DNA of 64,000 bases from Escherichia coli (lineage in GTDB: Bacteria; Pseudomonadota; Gammaproteobacteria; Enterobacterales; Enterobacteriaceae), in the NCBI RefSeq assembly GCF_030013205.1, contig NZ_CP122648.1; one strand, given 5' to 3'. The notes under the pieces were generated by a model that saw only the letters and a list, made by a program, of their open reading frames with translations, did not search any database and was not told the DNA's origin. Below, piece by piece: positions 47,529 through 57,087 of the stretch; positions within the stretch are counted from its first letter, which is position 1, and every line of letters starts with the position of its first letter. A program made the position numbers and the translations under genes.

Positions 47529-48335
47529 ATGAAAGCATTCTGGCGTAACGCCGCGTTGCTCGCGGTTTCTCTGCTTCCCTTCTCTTCTGCCAACGCCGTA
47601 GCGTTGCAGGCAAAACAGTATGGCGATTTTGATCGCTATGTCCTGGCCCTCTCATGGCAAACCGGATTTTGCCAGAGTCAACACGATCGAAATCGTAACG
47701 AACGAGATGAATGTCGCCTGCAAACCGAAACGACCAACAAAGCTGATTTTCTGACCGTACATGGTCTGTGGCCAGGATTGCCTAAATCGGTTGCTGCCCG
47801 TGGTGTTGATGAACGCCGCTGGATGCGCTTCGGTTGCGCTACTCGCCCAATCCCGAATCTACCAGAAGCGCGCGCCAGCCGAATGTGTTCATCGCCGGAA
47901 ACCGGGTTATCGCTGGAAACGGCAGCTAAACTAAGTGAAGTCATGCCAGGAGCTGGCGGACGTTCCTGCCTGGAACGCTACGAATATGCCAAACACGGTG
48001 CCTGCTTTGGTTTTGATCCAGACGCATACTTCGGCACGATGGTACGCCTGAATCAAGAAATTAAAGAGAGCGAAGCCGGAAAATTCCTTGCGGATAACTA
48101 CGGTAACACAGTGAGCCGCCGTGACTTTGATGCCGCCTTTGCCAAAAGCTGGGGAAAAGAGAACGTGAAAGCAGTTAAGCTAACGTGCCAGGGTAACCCT
48201 GCGTATTTGACTGAAATTCAGATCTCGATCAAAGCTGACGCCATCAACGCTCCGCTTTCTGCCAACTCATTCTTGCCACAACCACACCCAGGCAACTGTG
48301 GCAAAACCTTTGTGATTGATAAAGCAGGTTATTAA
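47529..48335 (+). CDS. rna: periplasmic ribonuclease I (RNase T2 family)
   Basis: 268 aa from MKAFWRNAALLAVSLLPFSSANA (signal peptide); HGLWP active-site motif. Confidence 0.95.
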   Translation: MKAFWRNAALLAVSLLPFSSANAVALQAKQYGDFDRYVLALSWQTGFCQSQHDRNRNERDECRLQTETTNKADFLTVHGLWPGLPKSVAARGVDERRWMRFGCATRPIPNLPEARASRMCSSPETGLSLETAAKLSEVMPGAGGRSCLERYEYAKHGACFGFDPDAYFGTMVRLNQEIKESEAGKFLADNYGNTVSRRDFDAAFAKSWGKENVKAVKLTCQGNPAYLTEIQISIKADAINAPLSANSFLPQPHPGNCGKTFVIDKAGY

Positions 48336-48481
48336 TCCTCTGATTTACAAAACACGCTAATTCGTCTTCCATAAACCATGACGATTAAGATTTATACATA
48401 ATGCGCTACATTGAGGAATTCCCTGAATGTGACGCAAATCACTTCAAAGAGTGAGCAACAGTCAGTATCATCATGTGAGTT

Positions 48482-48517
48482 AAACCCTCGCCGCCTGACG
48501 GTGAGGGTTTTCTTTTG
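48482..48517 (+). terminator. rho-independent terminator of rna
   Basis: AACCCTCGCCG-CCTGA-CGGTGAGGGTT followed by TTCTTTTG. Confidence 0.7.
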
Positions 48518-48564
48518 GGTATGTTTATCTGCGACACTCGCAGTACCGACGACATGGAGTAAAA

Positions 48565-48975
48565 ATGTCCAGACCAACTATCATCATTAACGACCTGGAT
48601 GCCGAACGCATCGATATTCTGCTGGAGCAACCCGCCTATGCTGGTTTGCCAATCGCCGACGCGTTAAACGCAGAGTTGGATCGCGCCCAAATGTGTTCGC
48701 CAGAAGAGATGCCACACGACGTGGTGACAATGAACAGCCGGGTTAAATTCCGCAATCTTAGCGATGGCGAAGTGCGTGTGCGCACGCTGGTGTATCCGGC
48801 AAAAATGACCGACAGCAATACTCAGCTTTCCGTTATGGCTCCGGTAGGTGCTGCACTGCTGGGGCTGCGCGTTGGCGATTCCATTCACTGGGAACTTCCG
48901 GGCGGCGTTGCAACCCACCTTGAAGTGCTGGAACTCGAATACCAGCCAGAAGCTGCTGGCGACTACCTGCTTTAA
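48565..48975 (+). CDS. rnk: regulator of nucleoside diphosphate kinase Rnk (GreA/B-like)
   Basis: 136-aa [32 protein letters not shown].. Confidence 0.9.
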
Positions 48976-49009
48976 TCCCATCTGCACAAGCGATAACTCG
49001 CTTTGCCCA

Positions 49010-49033
49010 GAGGATGCACTCGCATCCTCTTTT
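49010..49033 (+). terminator. rho-independent terminator of rnk
   Basis: GAGGATGC-ACTC-GCATCCTC followed by TTTT. Confidence 0.7.
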
Positions 49034-49117
49034 CGCTCAAATATCAACCAGATTTATCATTTTGCTCTTAAGCGCAGCATTCTAATCTGAACTGGTTATT
49101 CATCTGCGGAACCTCAT

Positions 49118-49207
49118 ATGAGCGAAGCTCTCGGTATCACTGCATTTTATATATTCATAGCCGCGATTATTGTTGCTGCAGTGCTATACCTTGAACAACG
49201 CTGGTAG
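49118..49207 (+). CDS. candidate 29-aa single-pass membrane peptide (MSEALGITAFYIFIAAIIVAAVLYLEQRW)
   Basis: Short ORF below the track cutoff, translated by hand; one hydrophobic helix; weak RBS; no homology evidence. Confidence 0.2.
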   Translation: MSEALGITAFYIFIAAIIVAAVLYLEQRW

Positions 49208-49330
49208 CGCCTGGTTTTATTTATTTTCCAGCTCAATAGCAAATTCAGATCAAATCAGCCTCGCAAATCATAGATTCATAACCAATAATGTGCTGTTATG
49301 TATACATGCAAAAACAAGGAGAGAATGCTT

Positions 49331-49759
49331 ATGTACAAGACAATCATCATGCCAGTGGATGTTTTCGAAATGGAATTGAGCGACAAAGCTGTTCGCCACG
49401 CTGAATTCCTCGCCCAGGATGACGGAGTTATTCATCTACTTCACGTACTACCCGGGTCAGCCAGCCTGAGCCTGCACCGTTTTGCCGCTGATGTGCGTCG
49501 TTTTGAAGAGCATCTGCAACATGAAGCAGAAGAACGTCTGCAAACGATGGTCAGCCACTTCACCATCGATCCTTCCCGCATTAAGCAACATGTCCGTTTT
49601 GGTAGCGTGCGGGATGAAGTCAATGAGTTGGCAGAAGAACTGGGGGCTGATGTTGTAGTTATCGGTTCGCGCAACCCTTCGATTTCGACCCATCTGTTAG
49701 GTTCTAACGCCTCGAGCGTGATCCGCCACGCCAATCTGCCGGTGCTGGTTGTGCGTTAA
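49331..49759 (+). CDS. uspG: universal stress protein UspG (YbdQ)
   Basis: 142 aa from [19 protein letters not shown].. with RBS AAGGAGAG; the track ORF starts 11 codons upstream. Confidence 0.9.
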   Translation: MYKTIIMPVDVFEMELSDKAVRHAEFLAQDDGVIHLLHVLPGSASLSLHRFAADVRRFEEHLQHEAEERLQTMVSHFTIDPSRIKQHVRFGSVRDEVNELAEELGADVVVIGSRNPSISTHLLGSNASSVIRHANLPVLVVR

Positions 49760-49829
49760 TTGCCAGAATAAATATCCCGCCCTGCCCGGAGCCATCCCGG
49801 CGGGGCTTTTTATTGCCATAATAAATATC

Positions 49830-50535
49830 CTCCGGCATAGCCGGAGGTTTTTCAAATGCGCCTATAAGGCTCTCTTACCAGCCGCGCCCTAACAGGCGCA
49901 CACGATCTGACATTTGCATCCAACTTCGTTACTTACGGCCCGTAAACGGGCTGCCCGGATAGGGAATCGATAACTGCTCTCCCATTTTATCCTCTTCAAG
50001 CTGGTGCTTTATGTAATCCTGTATCTTCGCCGTGTTCTTACCCACTGTATCGACGTAGTACCCTCTGCACCAGAACTCCCTGTTCCTGTATTTGAATTTC
50101 AAATCACCAAACTGCTCGTAAAGCATCAGACTGCTTTTCCCTTTCAGATATCCCATAAACCCGGATACGCTCATTTTGGGCGGGATCTCCACAAGCATAT
50201 GGATATGATCTGCACAGCATTCAGCTTCCAGAATCCGTACGCTTTTCCACTCACACAGCTTTCTCAAAATACTGCCTATTGCTCTACGCTTCTCTCTGTA
50301 GAACACCTGTCTTCGGTATTTTGGCGCAAAAACTATGTGATATTTACAGTTCCATCGGGTGTGCGCTAAGCTCTTTTCGTTCCCCATTGGGACCCCCTTT
50401 TGATTTCTTGTTTGACACTTGCAGTTGCCAGACCGCAAGGTGTTTTAACAAATCAAAAGGGGTTTTAATAACTGGCTCAAAGCTGAAAGCTTTCCGGAAC
50501 CCCCAGCCTAGCTGGGGGTTTTCTGTGCACAAAAA
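49830..50535 (-). mobile_element. IS200-family insertion sequence (boundaries approximate, +/- about 30 bp)
   Basis: Contains a 152-aa Y1 (HUH) transposase gene; upstream of it the characteristic perfect hairpin CCCCCAGC-CTA-GCTGGGGG (50500-50518) and a second stem-loop (CCCCTTTTGATTTG..CAAATCAAAAGGGG) occluding the RBS; size about 0.7 kb as expected for IS200. Confidence 0.8.
49929..50387 (-). CDS. tnpA: IS200 transposase TnpA (Y1/HUH)
   Basis: MGNEKSLAHTRWNCKYHIVFAPKYRR..ADHIHMLVEIPPK.. with HUH motif HIH; near-identical to the IS200 TnpA I recall from Salmonella; the track ORF starts 17 codons upstream. Confidence 0.9.
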   Translation of the reverse strand: MGNEKSLAHTRWNCKYHIVFAPKYRRQVFYREKRRAIGSILRKLCEWKSVRILEAECCADHIHMLVEIPPKMSVSGFMGYLKGKSSLMLYEQFGDLKFKYRNREFWCRGYYVDTVGKNTAKIQDYIKHQLEEDKMGEQLSIPYPGSPFTGRK

Positions 50536-50560
50536 AGCCGCCAGGTTTGACCCCGGCGGC
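50531..50560 (-). terminator. rho-independent terminator of ahpF
   Basis: On the minus strand GCCGCCGGGG-TCAAA-CCTGGCGGC followed by TTTTTT, 30 bp after the ahpF stop. Confidence 0.7.
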
Positions 50561-50590
50561 TAAGCAATTGCAGGTGAATCTTACTTCTTC

Positions 50591-52156
50591 TTATGCTGTT
50601 TTGGTGCGAATCAGGTAGTCAAAAGCACTCAGAGAGGCTTTGGCACCTTCGCCAGTGGCGATGATGATCTGCTTGTACGGAACCGTTGTACAGTCACCCG
50701 CTGCGAACACGCCTTTCACGTTGGTTTCGCATTTCGCATCAATGATAATCTCGCCCATGCGGTTACGTTCGACTGCGCCTTCGAGCCAGTTGGTGTTCGG
50801 CAGCAGACCAATCTGCACGAAAATACCGGCCAGTTCGATGTTGTGAATATCGCCGCTGACACGATCGCGATATTCCAGACCTACGACTTTGCTACCGTCG
50901 CCTTTCACTTCCGTGGTTTGCGCATTCAGAATAATGTCGACGTTTTTCAGGCTGCGCAGTTTGTCCTGCAGAACCTGGTCGGCTTTCATTTCTGGCGCAA
51001 ATTCCAGCAGCGTTACGTGCTCAACGATACCCGCCAGGTCAATTGCCGCTTCCACGCCGGAGTTACCGCCGCCGATAACCGCTACGCGTTTACCTTTAAA
51101 CAGCGGGCCGTCGCAGTGCGGGCAGTAGGTCACGCCTTTGGTGCGATACTGATCTTCGCCCGGAACGTTCATGTTGCGCCATTTTGCACCGGTCGCCACG
51201 ATAATGCTGCGTGCTTTCAGTACCGCGCCAGAAGCTGTTTCAATCTGATGCAGGCCACCTTCAACCGCTGCCGGGATCAGTTTGCTGGCGCTCTGGCTGT
51301 CGATCACATCAACGTCGTATTCATCAACGTGAACTTTCAGCGCACCTGCCAGTTTCTGGCCTTCGGTCTTCGGTACAGAAATGTAGTTTTCGATATCAAC
51401 GGTATCGAGGATCTGACCACCAAAACGTTCGCCCATCAAACCAGTACGGATACCTTTACGTGCGGAGTAAATTGCTGCCGCTGCACCCGCCGGGCCGGAA
51501 CCGACGATTAATACGTCATAAGCATCACGCTTGTTCAGCTCTTCTGCCGCACGTTTTTCCGCGCCAGTATCAATTTTGGCGACGATTTCAGTCAACGTCA
51601 TGCGACCCTGACCAAACTCTTTCCCGTTTACGAACACTGCCGGAACGCCCATCACGTTGCGATCGGTGATTTCGTTCTGGAAGGTGCCGCCGTCAATTGC
51701 AGTGTGCTTGATGCGCGGGTTCAGTACGCTCATCAGGTTCAGCGCCTGCACCACATCCGGGCAGTTGTGGCAAGAGAGCGAGTAATAGGTTTCGAATTCA
51801 AAATCACCGTCAATATGGCGAATCTGCTCCAGCAGAGACTGCGCTTCTTTCGACGGATGACCACCTGTCCACAGCAACGCCAGTACCAGCGAGGTAAACT
51901 CGTGGCCCAGCGGGGAGCCTGCAAAACGTGGCCCCTGGTTGGAACCTGGCTTGGTGATCAGGAAAGACGGCTTACGCACTGGCAAGCTGTTATCTTCTTT
52001 AAAGGTGACTTTGTCTGACAGTTCTGCGATTTCAGCCAACAGTTCCTTGATTTCTGCCGATTTAGCGCTGTCATCCAGCGTGGCAATTAACTCAACAGGC
52101 TTGGTCAATTTCTCAAGGTAAGCCTTGAGTTGAGTTTTCATATTTGTGTCGAGCAT
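50591..52156 (-). CDS. ahpF: alkyl hydroperoxide reductase subunit F
   Basis: 521 aa from [16 protein letters not shown]; redox CxxC pairs CHNCPDV and CPHCDG; FAD/NAD Rossmann motifs. Confidence 0.95.
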   Translation of the reverse strand: MLDTNMKTQLKAYLEKLTKPVELIATLDDSAKSAEIKELLAEIAELSDKVTFKEDNSLPVRKPSFLITKPGSNQGPRFAGSPLGHEFTSLVLALLWTGGHPSKEAQSLLEQIRHIDGDFEFETYYSLSCHNCPDVVQALNLMSVLNPRIKHTAIDGGTFQNEITDRNVMGVPAVFVNGKEFGQGRMTLTEIVAKIDTGAEKRAAEELNKRDAYDVLIVGSGPAGAAAAIYSARKGIRTGLMGERFGGQILDTVDIENYISVPKTEGQKLAGALKVHVDEYDVDVIDSQSASKLIPAAVEGGLHQIETASGAVLKARSIIVATGAKWRNMNVPGEDQYRTKGVTYCPHCDGPLFKGKRVAVIGGGNSGVEAAIDLAGIVEHVTLLEFAPEMKADQVLQDKLRSLKNVDIILNAQTTEVKGDGSKVVGLEYRDRVSGDIHNIELAGIFVQIGLLPNTNWLEGAVERNRMGEIIIDAKCETNVKGVFAAGDCTTVPYKQIIIATGEGAKASLSAFDYLIRTKTA

Positions 52157-52326
52157 GTTTATCTCCTGGGCTTTAAACATCATCATGCAAGCGGCCTCTG
52201 CGGCTACCTGGATGCAGCTTGCATCATGGTGCGGGGAAGAAAATCGGGTGCCGCAGCACCCGAAGAATTAGGTGAATTTCCGAAGTATTTCGCGCCGGAG
52301 TTGGTAGCGCGAAAGACGAAGGAAAT

Positions 52327-52890
52327 TTAGATTTTACCAACCAGGTCCAGAGACGGAGCCAGAGTTGCTTCACCTTCTTTCCATTTAGCCGGGCAAACTT
52401 CACCTGGGTGAGAAGCTACGTACTGTGCTGCTTTGATTTTACGCAGCAGGTCAGACGCGTCACGGCCAATGCCTTCAGCGGTAACTTCGATTGCCTGGAT
52501 GATACCCTGCGGGTCAACAACGAAGGTCGCACGGTCAGCCAGACCTTCATCTTCACGCATGTTGTCGAAGTTACGGGTCAGGGCGCCAGTCGGGTCGCCG
52601 ATCATCGCATATTTGATTTTAGCGATGGTTTCAGAGCTGCTGTGCCATGCTTTGTGGGTGAAGTGAGTATCGGTAGATACTGCGTATACGTCTACGCCCA
52701 GTTTCTGCAGTTCTTCGTAGTGGTCAGCAACGTCACCCAGTTCGGTCGGGCATACGAAAGTAAAGTCAGCCGGGTAGAAGAAGAAGACGCTCCAGCGGCC
52801 TTCGGTATCTTTTTCGGTGATTTCGATGAATTCGCCGTTTTTGAATGCCTGGTTTTTAAAAGGTTTAATTTTGGTGTTAATCAAGGACAT
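52327..52890 (-). CDS. ahpC: alkyl hydroperoxide reductase subunit C (peroxiredoxin)
   Basis: 187 aa; peroxidatic Cys motif FTFVCPTE. Confidence 0.95.
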   Translation of the reverse strand: MSLINTKIKPFKNQAFKNGEFIEITEKDTEGRWSVFFFYPADFTFVCPTELGDVADHYEELQKLGVDVYAVSTDTHFTHKAWHSSSETIAKIKYAMIGDPTGALTRNFDNMREDEGLADRATFVVDPQGIIQAIEVTAEGIGRDASDLLRKIKAAQYVASHPGEVCPAKWKEGEATLAPSLDLVGKI

Positions 52891-53261
52891 CTATACTTCC
52901 TCCGTGTTTTCGATGAGATGTAAGGTAACCAATTTTTGCCGATTCGGCTAATGCGTTTCCATTATCAAATCGATAAGTTTTACCTTACAACCTTCGTAAG
53001 ACAACTTTGTGAACTTTGCACCGCCAGCGGCGATAAAAAGTAAAATGGCCCCCTTTCCAGGTGACCGTGTAATCTGAACTACCCTTTGGTATCTTCAGCG
53101 CCTGCCTGCAGGCTGAGGTGTTGCCCTTACAAATGCAACAACGACATGGATTACAACACCCTCATAAACAAAGGGCAATCACCTGATCTAAGCTCTTACC
53201 TATGGCAGTGATAGGTTATGCCTTTTACCCGACTTTTGCACTGACTGAAAAGGACAAATTA

Positions 53262-54008
53262 ATGTTAAAAAAGATACTTTTACTGGCTCTGCTTCCTGCA
53301 ATCGCCTTCGCAGAGGAACTTCCTGCCCCAGTAAAAGCGATTGAAAAACAGGGCATTACAATCATCAAAACGTTCGATGCTCCCGGAGGAATGAAAGGTT
53401 ATCTCGGAAAGTATCAGGATATGGGCGTCACCATCTACCTGACTCCAGATGGTAAGCACGCTATCTCCGGTTACATGTACAACGAGAAAGGTGAAAACCT
53501 GAGTAACACACTTATCGAAAAAGAAATTTACGCACCAGCCGGACGCGAAATGTGGCAACGGATGGAACAATCCCACTGGCTCCTCGACGGTAAAAAAGAC
53601 GCGCCGGTCATTGTTTACGTCTTCGCCGATCCGTTCTGCCCATATTGTAAACAGTTCTGGCAGCAGGCGCGCCCGTGGGTAGATTCTGGCAAAGTGCAAT
53701 TAAGAACATTGTTGGTTGGGGTTATCAAGCCAGAAAGCCCGGCGACAGCAGCGGCAATTCTTGCCGCCAAAGATCCCGCAAAAACCTGGCAAGAATATGA
53801 AGCCTCTGGTGGCAAGCTTAAGCTAAACGTGCCTGCAAACGTAAGTACAGAGCAAATGAAAGTGTTAAGCGACAACGAGAAACTCATGGACGATCTGGGG
53901 GCAAATGTCACACCAGCTATCTACTACATGAGTAAGGAAAATACACTGCAACAGGCCGTGGGGTTGCCCGATCAGAAAACGCTTAATATCATTATGGGGA
54001 ATAAATAA
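53262..54008 (+). CDS. dsbG: periplasmic thiol:disulfide isomerase DsbG
   Basis: 248 aa from [17 protein letters not shown] (signal peptide); CPYC active site; the track ORF starts 20 codons upstream. Confidence 0.9.
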   Translation: MLKKILLLALLPAIAFAEELPAPVKAIEKQGITIIKTFDAPGGMKGYLGKYQDMGVTIYLTPDGKHAISGYMYNEKGENLSNTLIEKEIYAPAGREMWQRMEQSHWLLDGKKDAPVIVYVFADPFCPYCKQFWQQARPWVDSGKVQLRTLLVGVIKPESPATAAAILAAKDPAKTWQEYEASGGKLKLNVPANVSTEQMKVLSDNEKLMDDLGANVTPAIYYMSKENTLQQAVGLPDQKTLNIIMGNK

Positions 54009-54215
54009 AAGATAATTCATGGATGGTTGAAATATATCCCTGTTTTTCAACCATCCTAAAAAAGCATGAATTGCTCGCTCTGCCCTAAGTGGCTGTGCTA
54101 TTTTAGAAAAACTTAATTCTGAGTTAAGCAAAAAAACATAATACAAATAAATACAACAGCAACATTATTGAACAAATGAATGATTTATAGAAGAGATAAT
54201 ATAACGGAGTATGTT

Positions 54216-55118
54216 ATGGCGAATCTTTATGACCTAAAAAAATTTGATCTGAATTTACTGGTCATATTTGAGTGCATTTATCAACACCTCAGCATTAGCA
54301 AAGCAGCAGAATCATTATATATAACGCCCTCTGCTGTTAGTCAGTCGTTACAACGTTTACGTGCGCAATTTAATGACCCGTTATTCATTCGCTCAGGGAA
54401 AGGTATCGCGCCGACTACGACAGGGTTAAATCTGCATCATCATCTTGAGAAAAATCTCAGAGGCCTTGAACAAACGATCAATATTGTTAATAAGTCTGAG
54501 CTAAAGAAAAATTTTATTATCTACGGTCCTCAGCTTATTTCTTGTACTAATAACAACATGCTAATCCGCTGTCTTAGACAAGATACTTCAATCGATATAG
54601 AATGCCATGACATACTGCTTTCAGCTGAAAATGCCGAAGAACTGTTGGTTCAACGCAAAACTGACCTGGCAATTACACTACAACCAGTAATTAGCCGCTC
54701 TGTCATCTGCATGCCGTTACATACTATTCGCAATTCTCTTATATGTAGCAACAAACATCCTCGTATTACCGATACCAGTAACTATGAACAAATTATCGCC
54801 GAAGAATTCACCTTGTTGATATCTAAATCAGCAGGGATTGACGAAATTCAAATGGACATAGATGAACGTTTTATGAACCGTAAAGTTTCATTTCGCAGTT
54901 CTTCTTTGTTGACGATAATTAATAGTATTTCTGTTACTGACTTATTGGGCATTGTGCCCACCGAACTGTACGATTTACATCGTGATTTTTTGAAGTTACA
55001 AGAGATAAAACTGGAACAACCACTTCCTGCGGTTAAACTTTATATTTCCTATAACAAGGCTTCGTTGAACAACCTTGTCTTCTCACGATTCATAGATCGT
55101 TTAAATGATAGCTTCTGA
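54216..55118 (+). CDS. ybdO: LysR-family transcriptional regulator YbdO
   Basis: 300 aa from MANLYDLKKFDLNLLVIFECIY.. (HTH ..ITPSAVSQSLQRLR..); strongly AT-rich; the track ORF starts 12 codons upstream. Confidence 0.85.
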   Translation: MANLYDLKKFDLNLLVIFECIYQHLSISKAAESLYITPSAVSQSLQRLRAQFNDPLFIRSGKGIAPTTTGLNLHHHLEKNLRGLEQTINIVNKSELKKNFIIYGPQLISCTNNNMLIRCLRQDTSIDIECHDILLSAENAEELLVQRKTDLAITLQPVISRSVICMPLHTIRNSLICSNKHPRITDTSNYEQIIAEEFTLLISKSAGIDEIQMDIDERFMNRKVSFRSSSLLTIINSISVTDLLGIVPTELYDLHRDFLKLQEIKLEQPLPAVKLYISYNKASLNNLVFSRFIDRLNDSF

Positions 55119-55264
55119 TTTAATACCACTGATAAATGTTATATTACGCATCAATTGATTCATTGTGTGAATATAAAATAATGTGCTCTATCTTGCTTCG
55201 TTTACCCTATAATTAGCGGATTCATCTCACGAGTCACCCCGTAACGTTCAGAGAGCGTTTTCAG

Positions 55265-56485
55265 ATGTCTATTTATAAAATCCCGCTTCCACTGAATATT
55301 CTGGAAGCTGCAAAAGAACGTATTACCTGGACACTTAACACCCTACCCCGCGTCTGCGTTTCTTTTTCGGGTGGTAAAGATTCCGGATTAATGCTGCATC
55401 TGACCGCCGAACTTGCCCGACAAATGGGCAAAAAAATTTGTGTTTTATTTATCGACTGGGAAGCTCAGTTCTCTTGCACCATTAACTATGTTCAGTCCCT
55501 GCGCGAGTTGTACACCGATGTCATCGAAGAGTTTTACTGGGTTGCACTCCCGCTTACAACGCAAAATTCCCTATCACAATACCAACCCGAATGGCAGTGC
55601 TGGGAACCTGATGTCGAATGGGTACGTCAGCCTCCGCAAGATGCGATAACCGATCCTGACTTTTTCTCCTTTTACCAGCCAGGCATGACCTTCGAACAAT
55701 TTGTGCGTGAGTTTGCCGAATGGTTTTCACAAAAACGTCCGGCGGCGATGATGATCGGCATCCGTGCGGATGAGTCCTACAACCGTTTTGTCGCCATCGC
55801 CAGTTTAAATAAACAACGTTTTGCCGATGATAAGCCCTGGACCACTGCCGCACCAGGCGGTCATAGCTGGTACATTTACCCCATCTACGACTGGAAAGTC
55901 GCTGATATCTGGACCTGGTATGCAAATCATCAAAGTCTCTGCAACCCACTGTATAACCTAATGTATCAGGCAGGCGTTCCTCTGCGTCATATGCGAATTT
56001 GCGAACCTTTTGGCCCGGAGCAACGACAAGGATTATGGCTCTATCACGTTATCGAACCGGATCGCTGGGCTGCTATGTGCGCACGAGTCAGCGGGGTAAA
56101 AAGTGGCGGCATTTACGCCGGACATGACAACCATTTTTATGGTCATCGGAAAATCCTCAAGCCCGAACATTTAGACTGGCAGGAGTATGCATTATTGCTA
56201 CTCAACAGCATGCCGGAGAAAACAGCTGAGCATTATCGCAATAAAATCGCCATTTATTTGCACTGGTATCAGAAAAAAGGCATCGAGGTTCCACAAACCC
56301 AGCAAGGGGACATTGGCGCGAAAGATATCCCCTCCTGGCGGCGAATATGCAAAGTTTTACTCAATAACGATTACTGGTGTCGGGCATTATCATTTAGCCC
56401 GACCAAAGCGAAGAACTATCAGCGTTATAACGAACGAATAAAAGGAAAACGTCAGGAATGGGGGATACTATGCAACAACGATTAA
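55265..56485 (+). CDS. ybdN: PAPS-reductase-like PP-loop ATP-pyrophosphatase family protein YbdN (IbrA homologue)
   Basis: 406 aa; PP-loop motif VSFSGGKDSGLM near the N terminus. Confidence 0.85.
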   Translation: MSIYKIPLPLNILEAAKERITWTLNTLPRVCVSFSGGKDSGLMLHLTAELARQMGKKICVLFIDWEAQFSCTINYVQSLRELYTDVIEEFYWVALPLTTQNSLSQYQPEWQCWEPDVEWVRQPPQDAITDPDFFSFYQPGMTFEQFVREFAEWFSQKRPAAMMIGIRADESYNRFVAIASLNKQRFADDKPWTTAAPGGHSWYIYPIYDWKVADIWTWYANHQSLCNPLYNLMYQAGVPLRHMRICEPFGPEQRQGLWLYHVIEPDRWAAMCARVSGVKSGGIYAGHDNHFYGHRKILKPEHLDWQEYALLLLNSMPEKTAEHYRNKIAIYLHWYQKKGIEVPQTQQGDIGAKDIPSWRRICKVLLNNDYWCRALSFSPTKAKNYQRYNERIKGKRQEWGILCNND

Positions 56486-57087
56486 CGCAGGATTTAACCC
56501 AATTTCTCGCCAGCTTGCCGGAAGACGATCGCATCAAAGCGATTAATGAAATCCGCATGGCGATCCATAAGGTCAGTCCTTTTCGTGAAGAGCCGGTGCA
56601 TTGTGTTTTGTGGGTGAAAAATAGCCAGCTCGTGCCGAATGATTACAATCCCAATAATGTGGCACCACCAGAGAAGAAACTGCTGCAAAAATCCATTGAA
56701 ATAGATGGCTTTACGCAACCCATTGTGGTCACGCATACAGATAAAAATGCTCTGGAAATTGTTGATGGTTTTCACCGCCATGAAATAGGTAAAGGCTTAT
56801 CATCGTTAAAATTACGCTTAAAAGGTTATTTGCCAGTAACCTGTCTGGAAGGTACACGTAATCAACGCATCGCCGCGACTATTCGTCATAACCGCGCCCG
56901 TGGTCGCCATCAAATCACTGCCATGTCCGAAATTGTTCGTGAACTCAGCCAGTTGGGATGGGACGATCATAAAATCGGCAAAGAGCTGGGAATGGACAGC
57001 GACGAGGTGCTGCGCCTGAAACAAATTAACGGCCTGCAAGAACTGTTTGCCGACCGTCAATTTTCCCGCGCATGGACGGTTAAATAA
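56458..57087 (+). CDS. ybdM: ParB/sulfiredoxin-like domain protein YbdM (IbrB homologue)
   Basis: 209 aa; DGFHRHE motif of the ParB/Srx (DGQHR-like) fold; overlaps ybdN by 28 nt. Confidence 0.8.
   Translation: MGDTMQQRLTQDLTQFLASLPEDDRIKAINEIRMAIHKVSPFREEPVHCVLWVKNSQLVPNDYNPNNVAPPEKKLLQKSIEIDGFTQPIVVTHTDKNALEIVDGFHRHEIGKGLSSLKLRLKGYLPVTCLEGTRNQRIAATIRHNRARGRHQITAMSEIVRELSQLGWDDHKIGKELGMDSDEVLRLKQINGLQELFADRQFSRAWTVK

Noticed and set aside
50279-50563. 94-aa plus-strand ORF across the IS200 left end
   Set aside because: Runs antisense through the transposase start and the IS200 hairpins; no RBS; artefact.
53199-53214. CTAT-N7-ATAG motif in the ahpC-dsbG divergent spacer as a possible OxyR site
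   Set aside because: Only one inverted half-site pair was seen, and I could not align the full four-element OxyR consensus by eye.
54216-57087. Interpreting ybdO-ybdN-ybdM as a horizontally acquired defence island
   Set aside because: No integrase, tRNA-adjacent attachment site, direct repeats or other mobile hallmarks flank it, and the module sits between conserved core genes (dsbG, ybdL); it is kept only as a function-unknown module in the findings.
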